The notes beneath the pieces were generated by a model that did no database searches, was not told where the DNA came from, and saw only the letters and a program-made list of their open reading frames with translations. The translations under genes and the position numbers were made by a program. DNA of 64,000 nucleotides, taken from Octopus vulgaris. Its lineage: Eukaryota. This document shows, in pieces, positions 11,879-25,175 of this stretch. The DNA lies in NCBI GenBank assembly GCA_951406725.2, contig OX597817.1:137516001-137580000 (forward strand). Reading direction: 5' to 3'. Every line of letters starts with the position of its first letter. Within the stretch, counting starts at the first letter, position 1.

Positions 11879-11955
11879 TGGATTTGGTTGTCGGAAACTG
11901 AATGAAGCTTCATTCAGTTTCAGTCAACCAAATCAACTCAGGAGGCCTTGGTCGT
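11875..11955. repeat. Fold-back palindrome made from a CORE-like SINE segment
   Basis: TGAGTGGATTTGGTTGTCGGAAACTGAATGA-AGCT-TCATTCAGTTTCAGTCAACCAAATCAACTCA. Confidence 0.8.
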
Positions 11956-12172
11956 TTATGGTGAAGATGAGGCGGACGAGCAACCACGCTAGTCCAAGTG
12001 ATTCCTACAGTTGCATAATGAAGCGTGCGTCAGTTTGCGCGTGCATGTGCATGCGTATATGTCCATGTAAGTGTGCATGTGTGTGTGTATGCGAGTGTCT
12101 ACTCGCGCGCGCGCATATTACAGAGAGAAAATCGCGGAAAGTAGAATCCCTGTTGTGTGTGTGTATGTATGC

Positions 12173-12227
<55 letters not shown>

Positions 12228-12287
12228 TATAGGCACACACATGTATATATATATATATGTGTGTATATATTTATATATATATATATG

Positions 12288-12352
<65 letters not shown>

Positions 12353-12365
12353 TATATACATATAC

Positions 12366-12413
<48 letters not shown>

Positions 12414-13361
12414 ACATATGTATAATATATAATGTATGTATGCATGTATGTACGTATGTATGTGTGGGTATGTGTATGTGCGTGTGTGCAGATAAAGGTA
12501 AAGAGGAAGAATAGGCGTGAGTACATGAGACATATATGATTGTATGCATGTGTGAGTAATTTAGTGTGGGTGTGTGGGCGTATGTGTGTGTGTGTAAGAG
12601 AGAGAGAGGGGGGGGTGAGGGTGAGAGAAAGTATTGTGAAATATCAAGAGACAGAGAGAGAGTGGGAGAGGGCGAAGACAATCAAAAATGCAGTAATCGA
12701 TAATGTCTTGTCCTGATTAATTTCCTAAATATGAAGCCTCGATATTAACCAATCAGATCTTTCCGTTTCTGAGAGTATTTCTAGTTTTTGTTGTTCTTAC
12801 CGCTTCTACTCATCTTGTAGTTCTTGCCGCCGCCGCCGCCCTTACCGCTGCTGCTATAGTTTTTTCTGCTTCTTCTTCTTGTTACTGTCACATGTGATGT
12901 AATCTTTCTTCTCTTTTTACCTGTTCTTCTATTTCTGTTATTTTTCTTCCTCTCTCAATATTTTTTTTGACTTTGTATCAGTAACTTTCCGACGCCATCT
13001 TTCTTCGATTCCACCCTCCACCCGTCTTTCTCCCTCTCTTTCTCCCTCCCTCCCTCTCTCCCTCTCTTTTTCACACTTTCTCCTCCTCCCTCCCCTCTCC
13101 ATCTCCTTTCTTATAAGCCATATTCTTCACCCTCTACGCCTTATCCCTATTCTGGTTTAGTCGAGCCTACTCCAAGAAGTGCCACAATCCCATTTAATGA
13201 CTTCATTTACTCCCCCAAAGAACACCTCAACTATTATGTATTGAGTCCTACACAACAGCTTGGACTTTCTTCTAACCCAATAAATGTAACCTCTCCAACT
13301 GTGGCCTTCCTCCCGACCGTAAAACAATTTGATTTTTGTTCTAAAAAAGATTTATTTATTA

Positions 13362-13415
13362 AAAACTGAAAGCAGCCTGTCGTATATATATATATTTGTG
13401 TGTGTGTGTGTGTGT

Positions 13416-13471
<56 letters not shown>

Positions 13472-13680
13472 ATGTGTCTGTGTTTGTCCCCTCCACCATC
13501 GCTTGACAACCGATGCTGGTGTGTTTACGTCCTCGTCACCTAGCGGTTCGGCAAAAGGAGGCGATAAAATAAGTACTAGGCTTACAAAGAATAAGTCCTA
13601 GGGTCGATTTGTTCGACAAAAGGCGGTGCTCCAGCATGGCCGCAGTCAAATGACTGAAACAAATAAGAGAATAAAAGAAT
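13362..13680 (+). mobile_element. CORE-like tRNA SINE (family K), 3' part with internal (TA)/(TG) tract
   Basis: AAACTGAAAG..CGTCG-(TA)(TG)n-CATCGCTTGACAACCGATGCTGGTG...CAGCATGGCCGCAGTCAAATGACTGAAAC, matching 33991-34396. Confidence 0.88.
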
Positions 13681-14079
13681 ATATTCCTCTCGCTACATTA
13701 CAGCAGTCAGCTGTTTCTGTTCCACAGTGTCAGTAAACGGCTAAGTGGACTGGGCCGTTGAGAATTAAATGCTACCATACTTCTCCATAGGAACTAAGGA
13801 GCGAGGGTGTTGGAGCAAACCCTATTGTCTGACGTAATTTCTCTCTCTCTCTCTCTCGACTGACCTTATACTCTCCACTGAAGCGATCCACACTTTGGTT
13901 AATTAATTATTCCCCTGGTCTATATCGGAATAATGTCAACAATATAGGGAATTAGTTGGGTGTTTTTAAGGAGAACGTCGTTATTTTCACTATTGTGATT
14001 AGCGATTAATGTCGCATCAATTAGACGAAATGCTGCGTCAATATCTGTGTTTATCTATAGATGCACACATATGCATACA

Positions 14080-14260
14080 TAGGCGAAGGCATAGCCGTGT
14101 GGCAAATCTGATAAAATAAAGTAGCTTGCTTCCCAACCACATGGTTCCAGGTTCAGTCCCCCTGCCTGACACCTTGGGCAAGTGTCTTCTACTACAGCCT
14201 CGGCCGACCAAAGCCTTGTGAGTGGATTTGGTAAAGGGAAACTGAAAGAAGCCCGTCGTA

Positions 14261-14330
<70 letters not shown>

Positions 14331-14420
14331 TGTCCGTCTGTCTTTGTGTGTCTCTTTGTGCTTATCCCCCTTTGTGAAGTGTAGAGTGGATGTAAACACA
14401 CCAGGACCAGTCGGAGGAGA
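14080..14420 (+). mobile_element. Family K SINE, 5' part
   Basis: tRNA-like head, GGTTCAGTCCC B-box-like motif and CORE-like CCTTGGGCAAGTGTCTT. Confidence 0.85.
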
Positions 14421-14428
14421 CAAATACA

Positions 14429-14486
<58 letters not shown>

Positions 14487-14519
14487 AATATACATATATG
14501 TACATGTATATATATATAT

Positions 14520-14591
<72 letters not shown>

Positions 14592-14759
14592 GAGTATCAG
14601 ATTATAATTGATCTGCAGCTAAGCCTATGATAATATTGTCCTTATAGGTGATGTATCCACCAGATGTAGATATGGTGGGACTACGGATAGAATTTCTTTC
14701 TCTCTTAAAGATTTATTCAATATGAACAATAACGGTGAGAAAAGAAGCTTGTTTAAGAG

Positions 14760-15310
14760 ATTGTTACATTAGAACTATGTTTAGTACAAACTAACGATTT
14801 TCTTACCATTATACAGATGTCCAGTCGTGTTTAGGGGTCTGATCTATTTAAAGTCAGATAAATCGTGTTGGGAAGTGTTCAGTACGGAACGGTACAATTC
14901 ACCTAATCCGGCATTTTTATTGAAGCAAGTCAATCGAGCCGGAGTCAATATTTTATCCAGAGAAACCGTGTTTTGATTTCGTCGTAGAGGGTCCGCCATA
15001 TCGCTTTAGTGCTATCAGGATAGATTTACATTTTGTTGGCATTGTGTTTATACATATTTAAACATAAATCTAGAGTTGATCCATCTTCGACAATAAATGT
15101 ACGAGAAAGAATGAGATGATAAACCACAGAGTTTAAATAGATTATCCGTATAACATATTAACTTATTCCTACCTAAGAATGTAGAACATTGTAAAATATT
15201 TCTTCTCTTAAGAAGAAGAAAACAATAGATAAAGACTATCCTGCGGATTTTTAAGAAAATTCGGTGTTGCACAGTTGAGCTATCGCTAAAGTCGGATTTA
15301 TATGTCATTC
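14760..15310 (-). pseudogene. Possible ancient LINE RT remnant
   Basis: Ordered degenerate motifs PQDS (cf. PQGS), KLICYTDNL (cf. YADD) and ANKM*IYPDSTKAI (cf. NKMxLNPxKT). Confidence 0.3.
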
Positions 15311-15540
15311 CTCATATATCATAAATACCAGATGATCCGTTGCTGCATATTTATGATAATTTCTATGGGATAAATAAGTAAGCGGTATTTTAGAGACAAA
15401 GATGGAAAGGAGGATTTAACACATCTCCCTGCTTAACACTTCACTGTATGAACATTTCATCAACAATTAGCATTAAACCACCACCTAATGAAGTATATTT
15501 TTCAGTAGTCCACTCTGTTGAAAGAAATAAAACTACTCGC

Positions 15541-15576
<36 letters not shown>

Positions 15577-15802
15577 TTCTTTACTGCCCACAAGGGGCTA
15601 AACATAGAGGGGACAAACAAGGACAGACATAGGGATTAAGTCGATTACATCGACCCCAGTGCGTAACTGGTACTTAATTTATCGACCCAGAAAAGATGAA
15701 AGGCAAAGTCGACCTCGGCGGAATTTGAACTCAGAACATAAAGACAGACGAAACTGCTACGCATTTCGCCCGGCGTGCTAACGTTTCTGCCAGCTCGCCG
15801 CC

Positions 15803-15804
<2 letters not shown>
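15577..15804 (-). mobile_element. SINE family M, full monomer (tail type A) inserted in (CA)n
   Basis: Near-consensus copy flanked on both sides by (CA)n. Confidence 0.92.
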
Positions 15805-15885
<81 letters not shown>

Positions 15886-16063
15886 CATATATAATTGAAA
15901 GAGAGTTAGAGGTTGTGAATCCAACCAACTAAGGGATAGTATCTATCCAATATACTGCTAGTGGTATAGCCGAATATTAATACACATGTGTTGGTTTTTG
16001 CGTGGCAATTACACTATTGAGCGTAATAAATGGACGAGGGTAAAAAGTGGTTTACCCTTAATT

Positions 16064-16184
16064 TATACGGCAAGAAGAAAATGGAAGGGATCCAGAGATA
16101 GGGTTTTACAAAAAATAGACACGATATGTCTAACGGTTGATGCAAACTGTCTCTGGATCCTCTCCATTTTCTTTTTGCCGTATA
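16064..16184. repeat. Inverted repeat with ~38-bp arms
   Basis: TATACGGCAAGAAGAAAATGGAAGGGATCCAGAGATAG ... CTGTCTCTGGATCCTCTCCATTTTCTTTTTGCCGTATA. Confidence 0.85.
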
Positions 16185-16205
16185 TATATATGTATGTATG
16201 TATAT

Positions 16206-16271
<66 letters not shown>

Positions 16272-16300
16272 GTATATATATAGATATATATATATGTATA

Positions 16301-16398
<98 letters not shown>

Positions 16399-16678
16399 TG
16401 TATGTATGTATGTATATATGTATGTATGTATGTATATATGTATGTATGTATGTATGTATGAATATAAATACATGTGAACGTGTGCGTGTGTGTGTGTCTG
16501 GGTCTGTGTGTAAGAAGTCCCTAAGGAAACAATGACTAAGTAGATTAAGATGAGATAAATAAATTAGTGGAATGATAAGAGGATTGTGGGATTGAATTGG
16601 ATTCCAAAACACTTCGTTTGTCTTTCAGCACACGGGGGGGGGGGGGGGATGAAAGCGTTGAGTTGTACACACACAGGC

Positions 16679-16739
<61 letters not shown>

Positions 16740-16766
16740 TATTAAAACATAGATGCACACTTACAG

Positions 16767-16799
<33 letters not shown>

Positions 16800-17031
16800 C
16801 ATACATATATATATGGAAATACACACAGAGAGAAATATGGATATATGTGTGTGTGTCTGTGTGTCTGTGCGTGCTTGCATGTGTGTATGTATGGATGTAT
16901 GTGTGTATGAATGTAGCCAGCGTGTTCTCTATTTCACAATCTCTGTAATTACGCTCAATTTAGTTTCTCTTATGAATTTATAATTACACACACACACACA
17001 TAAAAACTCACACACACACACATGCATACAC

Positions 17032-17082
<51 letters not shown>

Positions 17083-17202
17083 CATACGCATGCATATATA
17101 TCTGTGTGTGCGTGTGTATACGTGTAGACATTTTTTTTCCTTTGTATCCTTGGCCACCAAGTAGGCGGGCGATTAAAATAAACAATGGTTGTTGAATGAG
17201 AA

Positions 17203-17236
<34 letters not shown>

Positions 17237-17245
17237 TATATATGA

Positions 17246-17290
<45 letters not shown>

Positions 17291-17309
17291 CACATATATA
17301 TATATGAAA

Positions 17310-17351
<42 letters not shown>

Positions 17352-17371
17352 TCAGTAAATAGTGTGGTTCC

Positions 17372-17406
<35 letters not shown>

Positions 17407-17724
17407 TTACGTATATATACGTGTTTATGTATATATATACGTATATATGTGTGTATGTGTGTGTGTGTGTGAATGTGCGCGTGTGGGTATGCTTAACGAG
17501 GTATCCTAAACTACGCATTATTCCTTGACTTTCTCTCCTTGTCTCTCTCAAATTAAGCTTAATTAGGCTGTTATTAACACGAAATCAGTTTCGTGCGTGC
17601 GTACGTGCGTGTGTATGTATGTGCCTGTGCATGTGAGAGGGGTGATGAAGGAAGGAGATTATGTGGGTGTATTGGTATATCTCGACACGATATTTGTGTG
17701 CACATACATATACACACGCCCACA

Positions 17725-17796
<72 letters not shown>

Positions 17797-17806
17797 TACA
17801 TACATA

Positions 17807-18050
17807 CAATAATTCCTCGCCATATCGCGGTTTACCTATCGTGGTTCACCTATCGCGGTTTATTATTTAAGCTTACGTCGATTCCACCGTGGTGTTGTTT
17901 TGCATTTATAATAAGAGATAAGGATATTTGTCCTCATCTTGTTTGTTGTTAACACGTTTCGGCTGATATACCCTTCAGCCTTCATATGGCGTAGTGGTTA
18001 AGAGCGCGGACTACTAACCCCAAGACCCCAAGTTCGATTCCAGGCAGTGA

Positions 18051-18089
<39 letters not shown>

Positions 18090-18341
18090 TAACATCGAAA
18101 ATACCTTAGAAATGAGAACCCAGTTTCGAAATTTCCCCAAGACACCTGATAAAAGCTGGAGGGTATAGCAGCCGAAGCGTTGTGTTAACAACAAACAAGA
18201 TGAAGACAAATATCCGTCATATGTAAATAATGTACATAATTCCTCATCTCTTAAATATAGAACAGACTGTCTCTACTTCGCGGATTGTCACCTGTCTCGG
18301 GGGTTTTGGGAACGTAACGCGCGATAGTCGACGGATTACTG
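17807..18341. mobile_element. pogo/Tigger-like MITE interrupted by a family A insertion
   Basis: TA|CAATAATTCCTCG ... CGACGGATTACTG|TA. Both halves match the intact copy at 57693-57914. Confidence 0.85.
17920..18263. mobile_element. Family A inverted pair (partial minus tail + full plus copy)
   Basis: Minus fragment ~17920-17985 (HHR region) abuts the plus head CATATGGCGTAGTGGTTAAG...GTTCGATTCC, then (AAT)n, a mutated HHR at 18141-18186, and the tail. Confidence 0.85.
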
Positions 18342-18612
18342 TATACACACACACACAGACACACACTCTCACACACACATACATACAGATGTATGTATGT
18401 ATGTATGTATGCATGTATGTATGTCTGTATGTATGTATGCATGTATGTATGTATGTATGTATGTATGTATGTATGTGTATATATGTATGTACATACATAT
18501 ATTTGTGAGAGCGTGTAAGTTGTGGACCTGAATATCTTTTGTGGGTTACACTTTCTCCTGAGATATACATATACATATACATGTGTGTGTGTCTGTGTGT
18601 GTGTGTGTGTGT

Positions 18613-18722
18613 GAAGGCGAATGGCATAGTGGTTTAGGTGTTGCATTCACGATTGCAAGACCCTGGGTTCGATTCCCAGACCAGGCGTTGCATTGTGTTC
18701 TTGAGCAAAGCACTTCATTTCA
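18613..18722 (+). mobile_element. tRNA-derived CORE-like SINE head (family L)
   Basis: A-box TGGCATAGTGG, B-box GGTTCGATTCCC, then GTGTTCTTGAGCAAAGCACTT; related to 46540-46695. Confidence 0.75.
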
Positions 18723-18724
18723 AG

Positions 18725-18908
18725 GTGGAGTGGGGTGGCTAAGTCGATTATATCGTCCCTAGTACCCAACTAGTGCATATTTTATTGACCCCAGAAAAAT
18801 GAAAGACAAAGTCCGCCTAAGCGGAATTTGAACTCAGAACGTAAAGACGGATGGAACCCCGACAATCCTTTTGTTCGACACACCAACGATTCTACCATCT
18901 CTCTGCTT
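18725..18908 (-). mobile_element. SINE family M, diverged copy
   Basis: GCGGAATTTGAACTCAGAACGTAAAGAC and neighbouring blocks. Confidence 0.75.
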
Positions 18909-19973
18909 TACTCTTCCGTAATATATATTAACTTGTGTCAAGTCAAAAGAAACCAATGGGTGTCTTGGAACAGCAATAAATTTACTATGAATCAGAGAAT
19001 GAACGCCACAGCATCTCATCCAGTTTGTCTATAAAATAAGTACCGTTGTACTTCAGAAAGGAAACTTTATTGTAGATATAACATCTTGAAAGCTCGCCAA
19101 ATTAGAGATAGCAGAGCTTGTTGTTTCCTGGTTCAGTGTGAAAAGGTAAGGGAGTGTGGGGTAGACTGGATCGGAGCCAAAAGGAGAAACTGAACGAAAC
19201 GATATTAGGGATTCTCGTGCTGGAATTACACATAAAAACCTTCCTTCTTAGCTGTGCTGCAAACACACCAAAAATACTGCAAAGACGATGAGAAAAGCAG
19301 ATAAAAAACATTTTGAACACATAATTTCATCAAATTAGCTATCAACATCGTTTTGATGAATATCTTTCAAGAATCAGGTAAAAATAGGTTGTTAAAGTAA
19401 TAGTTCTTTGGTGTAAACCTTACCAAAATACCTTTATGGAAATCACAGAGATAAACTAACACACACCTTCCCTCTCCTTACACTGCCTCAATTTTCTTCC
19501 TCTCTCTCTCTCCACCCCAATCCCTGCAACTCTTATTTTACATACACCCATCATTAAGTTATATTGTATTGACTGAACCTTCTAGGATCACAAGTGGAAA
19601 TCAACCAAAGTGTAGGGTACTTCTACAGTAAATTAATACCTTTGCGAAGATGTGTGAAGGTACCGGGGTGGAGCCAGCTGAAGATTCGACTCCAAATTAT
19701 ACTTCGTTGCTGTGAAAACATGTTTTCTTAGTTCTGCGAGCAAAATATATTAATGAAAACCACTCACGTTTACACACACACACACACACTGACACACACA
19801 CGCACAAACGCATACATATATGTGTGCATAGCTGCATGCGTATTTATGTATGCATTTATGCGTGTTTGTGCGTGTGTGAATTTATAGATACGCCAGCGCA
19901 CTTACACACGCTTACTCCTTAAACATTAACTACGAAGTTACATACAGGCACACATAAACACGTATATATCTGG

Positions 19974-20017
<44 letters not shown>

Positions 20018-20269
20018 CATTGCAAATTTGTCCATATACACGAATTCTGAAACAATCAAACGTGCTTATATACAAACATACACGCCCAAATCACAAACAC
20101 ACGTGCGCGCGCAGACACACACACACGCACACGTATATATGCTCCCATGCGCGCACACACACCGACTTCGATCGGTGATACTCATGCATAAGAGTGTGCT
20201 TCGAGGTTGGTTTATATGTCAATATGTACGCATGCGCACACCATAGCATGTACCGAAATGCGTATGTGT

Positions 20270-20476
20270 ATGTCATTGTTCAGTATTATTTCAAAATGTC
20301 TTGCCAATAGAGAAAGAACCGGTTTCTAACCTAAATCCAAGGCTCCTTCATTGGAATTTCAACATCAACAATAGGGTATCTTTGTTTGTATGGATGTATT
20401 CAGATTTGCATGTTTTGCTTTATGTATGTATTCTCATGCATATAGTTGCATATCTAAACATGCTCATATATATCTA
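20270..20476 (-). mobile_element. Family E repeat associated with (TACA)n
   Basis: Second copy in the opposite orientation at 32590-33027 (TTGCCAATAGAGAAAGA-CCGGTTTCTA...ATTGGAATTTCAACATCAAC). Confidence 0.75.
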
Positions 20477-20573
20477 TATGATAAATTTCTATGTATGTAT
20501 GCATATATCTATGTATGTATGTTTGTATGTATGTATGTATGTATGCATGCATGTAAGTACGTATGTATGTATG

Positions 20574-20607
<34 letters not shown>

Positions 20608-20887
20608 TGCATGTAAGTATGTATGTATGTATGTATGTATGTTTGTATGTGTGCATGTAAGTATGTATGCATGCATATGCACGCACAACTGCAAACGGTT
20701 CTTTCTCCACTTTATGAATTGACGGTATATTTTCGTATCACTTCAATCTATAAACAGCATCCTGATCAATTTAGCTGACATATTTATTTGGAGATGAACT
20801 TATCTGCATTCCATTGCCTCTTATATACACATTCCGTTTGCGTGTGTATGCATGTGTCTATGTGTGTGTAGATAGACAGAAAGAAAT

Positions 20888-21083
<196 letters not shown>

Positions 21084-21527
21084 GAGATTAGATTAGATTA
21101 AGATTGTATAGTGTGTATTTTGAGAATGTTGCTTTTAGTTCTGGCAGCCAGATTATCTCGTTGTTTGTGGAATACAATTCACGCAGAGACATCCACGTGT
21201 TGAAAAACAATATACGAGTGAAGTGCATGTTGCCGTTTTAGATAGCTTTACCTTTGTCAATTACGGCCATGCTGTAGTGTCGCTTTTATCTGTTTTCTAT
21301 GTGTGTATAATTGATGTGAGTGTGTATATGTGTACATGACGGGGATGCGCAAAAGGTGATCGAGAGAATATTCGCTCATGTATTCAAGCGTGTATATGAA
21401 TATGTACAGAATGGTAATTGAGTGAGCGAGAATGTATATTATACAAACATGCGCGCATGCTGAAATGCATGCGTGCGCTATGTTTGTGTGTATATAAACA
21501 TGTGTATATATATATATATATATATAC

Positions 21528-21593
21528 ACGACGGGTATCTTTCAGCTTCCATCTACCAAATCCACTCACAAGGCATTGGTCGGCTCGAAGCTA
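21528..21593 (-). mobile_element. Family K SINE fragment
   Basis: CGACGGG..CTTTCAG..CCAAATCCACTCACAAGGC. Confidence 0.75.
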
Positions 21594-21605
21594 TATATAT
21601 GTATA

Positions 21606-21691
<86 letters not shown>

Positions 21692-22331
21692 TGTATGTAT
21701 GTATGTGTGTGTGTGTATGTATGTATGTATGTATGCAAGTGTGTATGTATCTATGTATGTAGCTACGTATGTATGAATGCATTTCTGTGTATGGGTATGC
21801 GTGTATATATGTATGTTTGCGTGCGTTTATGTACATGTATGTATATGCACGCAGGTATCGTAGGGAGTGTGCGCGCGAGCGTGTCTGTGCGCATGTTTGC
21901 AACCATAAGAATTGGACGTTAATCGATAATCGATAACGATGTTTGAATTCTCTTCTTTCTTTGCTGAAGAAGGAAAATAAGAGGGGGCAAGTGAAGAAAA
22001 AAGATGATTACCGATGTTGTTGGTGTTGTTACTGATGGTGATGTTGTTGTTGTTGGTGGTGGTGGTGGTTTTAGTATGGGGGCGAAAATAAGAATGTAGC
22101 ATAGTAGATGATGATAGTGATGATGATGATGATGATGTTGTTAAAAAATCAGTTACTACACGGTCAATACATGCCACGTGGTTCACCTTCTACTATGTGG
22201 CGATGGCCACGTGGAGGAGCTACATATATCAGATAAGAGGCGGCGGCTTCTCCTATTTCGTCTAATTACCATTACCACCACCATCACCACTACCACAACC
22301 ACCACCACTATTACCACCACCACTACTAATC

Positions 22332-22362
<31 letters not shown>

Positions 22363-23227
22363 AAACACCACTACCACCACCACCACCGCTACCGTTACTA
22401 TTACTATTGATTCTACCAGCACTACCACTACGACGACTGCTACACCTCCCACCAACATCCCTAACAACAACAACGACAACAACCAGCATTGTTCGGTCAT
22501 CGTTTACCTTGGTTTTCCTTTGAGCTTTCTCTCTCGTTTTTTTCTTAACATTTCTCTCTTCCTTTCTCTTTTTTCTTTCGTCCCCACCCCCTCACTTCAC
22601 TTATTTAATTTACTTTTCTAATTAAACTCTCATTTTTAATGAAAAGCAAATATATTCGAATAGTAAAATCGGCGGAGCAACAGAGCAGTTGGAGGTGAAA
22701 TTGGTAATAGGTATGATAGTGGGGAATGGCAGGAGACGGAAAAAATACCTTGTGGTATTTTGTTACATCCCTTCATATTCTGGCAGTGCTGATCAACTCA
22801 ATATCAGTCAAATATTGCTTCTTCACTCCCCATTCATTAGGCTTTAGTCATGGGAGCGAAGAAAGTCTGTGACCCTTTTCAAGTACGCTGTTTTGGGAAT
22901 GGGAAGAGAGGACGAAACCCTACTTCAGGTTTCACTATCGTTAAAGAGCAGAAAGTCGTCCGGTGAATGAAGAGCTAGTCTGGATCTTCGCAGTAGAGTG
23001 GTCTCTGCCAAGTGTCACCAGTGCCCAGGTGAAAGAGAACTGTATAACTATCAGTCATGTTCGGGGATCGACTTAGTTGCGAACGCCTTCCTCTGTCTTC
23101 TATAATGTGTAACCTTTCGACAATTTGGAAATGAATGCAAAATCAAATCTAAAAAAGAGAGGAAAAGAAATAACGGACCTTATTTAATGAATTAGATCTG
23201 CTATCACATACACACACACGCACATGT

Positions 23228-23385
23228 GGCGGGCTTCTTTCAGTTTCCGTCAGCCAAATCTACGCACAAGGATTTGGGCGGCCCGAGGCTATAGTAGAAG
23301 TCACTTGACTAAGCTACTTGGTTGTGGGACTGAAACGTGAACGACGTGGTTGCGAAGCCAGTTTCTTACCACACAATCACACTGC
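23228..23385 (-). mobile_element. Family K SINE, 5' part
   Basis: GGGCTTCTTTCAGTTTCCGTC...GGCCCGAGGCTATAGTAGAAG...GGGACTGAA. Confidence 0.8.
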
Positions 23386-23768
23386 AGTAAAATGTTCGAG
23401 AGAGGGAGATCGTAACATGGGTTCGAATCCTTTGCTGAAGTCCTTGGCAAAGGATTAAACGACAAGTCACGTGTTCCCTCTCTTACTTCATTAAATATAT
23501 GACTTTGTGTTGCAGGCAACCACCATTCCTCCTCCTCCCCCCTCCTCCCAGTACCATACCATTACATTTTCCGATACAGTTTTGGTATTAATGGTGTCGA
23601 GAAACACAAAGATGCTATTCCCATCGCATCCATTTCATAAGAAATCTCGAGAGTTTGTGTTTACACGAGAAACCATTAATAGTGTTTGTTGTTATTTGCC
23701 ACAGGGGCAGCATCAGATGAGGGGGAACATTAATACTGTTTGTTTTCTTCTAACGTGTGTATGTGTGT

Positions 23769-23804
<36 letters not shown>

Positions 23805-23872
23805 AGGGGGAAGGATTAGATAAACGTTGACTGAAGCTTTGAGATCCATCATTATATTCATATTCCTTACCA

Positions 23873-23990
23873 AGAAGAAGAACAAGAAGAAAAAGAAGAA
23901 GAAGAAGAAGAAGAAGAAGAAGAAGAAGAAGAAGAAGAAGAAGAAGAAGAAGAAGAAGAAGAACAACAACAACAACAACAACAATAACAA
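23873..23990. repeat. (GAA)n-(CAA)n microsatellite
   Basis: Directly visible; another (GAA)n at ~37000-37113. Confidence 0.95.
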
Positions 23991-24299
23991 ATTTAGTGAC
24001 GATGTGTTCTAAATGCTATCATTTTTTTTACGGTTTGCCAATTCCCAATATCAACGTGGCACATGACGTAGGTTTAGATAGACACAGTTCTTCATAACCG
24101 AAAACAAAACCACTAATGATATTCTAACAACAACATCACCACCACCACCACCACCACCACCACCACCACCACAACTACCAACAACAATAGCAATAGGAAT
24201 GCCAACGACATTACTAACTATAATTTAACAACAACAACAATAATAATTTTCGATATTTTCCCATGATCTTAAACATTTGGAGACGAATATAATCAGTTT

Positions 24300-24775
24300 A
24301 AGGATTAGGAGAGTCGATGGTATCGATATGAAGAAGGCGGAAGAGCTGTGCTACGAGGCTTACAGGGCATCCTACACCGGTTCGATCCTGGCTGTGGTTA
24401 ACCTTGTTGTTTTGAGCCGATAGCTGCGATATGAGTGGGTAGGAAGGGGTGGTGGCTAAGAATCCAGAAGGATCAACATTATGAAACGGAAGGATTGAGT
24501 AAGCGGTTCGAGTGTAGGGTAGTCGGGGAGATCTGTGGAAACAAACAAGTGGGAAGTGGCTGAGTGTAGGTGGCACTGGGGAGGCAGGGCCACAGTAGCA
24601 ATGGCACCAAAAGGCAAAGAGTGTGGATACAGCAAATTTGTGAGCCAGAGTTTGGAGTGTATTTGTGAATGGCTTCATAGCAATCTGTCAGATGACGGTT
24701 CTTTGAATCTGGTCTACCTTTACTTTCTGTGGAGTAACAATTCCAGATGTGCGAGTAACACTCCATTAGGGATCC
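24300..24775 (-). pseudogene. CR1/Jockey-group LINE 3' remnant
   Basis: MECYSHIW (cf. MEYCSHIW) and LQTLAHKFAVSTLFAF (cf. LQPLSHRRxVASLSLF) appear in the expected order in adjacent frames. Confidence 0.5.
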
Positions 24776-24916
24776 CTAATTTTTTAGAGGATTATTAATT
24801 GGTTAGGGACGTACTTACAGGAGAAAATCAACCCTAGTGAGAGGAGAACGTACGTTTGAGCTCGATGGGACAGGAATTCAGTATTACAGGACCCAGAAAT
24901 AAATAGTTAAGATATG

Positions 24917-24973
24917 GCTTACGACCATATCACGTTGAAAGCACCGGTTCTCGTCCCATCACCGAAGTTAAGC
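24917..24973 (+). pseudogene. 5S rRNA 5'-half pseudogene (nt 1-57)
   Basis: GCTTACGACCATATCACGTTGAAAGCACCGGTTCTCGTCCCATCACCGAAGTTAAGC matches the metazoan 5S 5' end; cut off inside box A by a SINE. Confidence 0.88.
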
Positions 24974-25175
24974 TCAGAGAGGACAAACAAAGACAGACAA
25001 ACGGATCAAGTCGATTACATCGACCCCAGTGCGCAACTGGTATTTAATTTATCGACCCCGAAAGGATGAAAAGCAAAGTTGACCTCGGCGAAATTTGAAC
25101 TCAGAACGTAACGGCAGACGAAATACGGCTACGCATTTCGCCCGGCGTACTAACCATTCTGGCAGCTCGCCGCCT
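24974..25175 (-). mobile_element. SINE family M
   Basis: Near-consensus reverse-complement copy ending GGCAGCTCGCCGCCTT. Confidence 0.9.

Noticed and set aside
17983-18052. Functional tRNA gene (also 3989-4062 and 18613-18685)
   Set aside because: A and B boxes are present, but there is no convincing acceptor stem or terminator, and each continues into a repeat body. These are SINE heads.
24300-24916. 5S rDNA spacer upstream of the 5S fragment
   Set aside because: Most of it reads better as a minus-strand LINE remnant, and there is no second 5S unit in the window.
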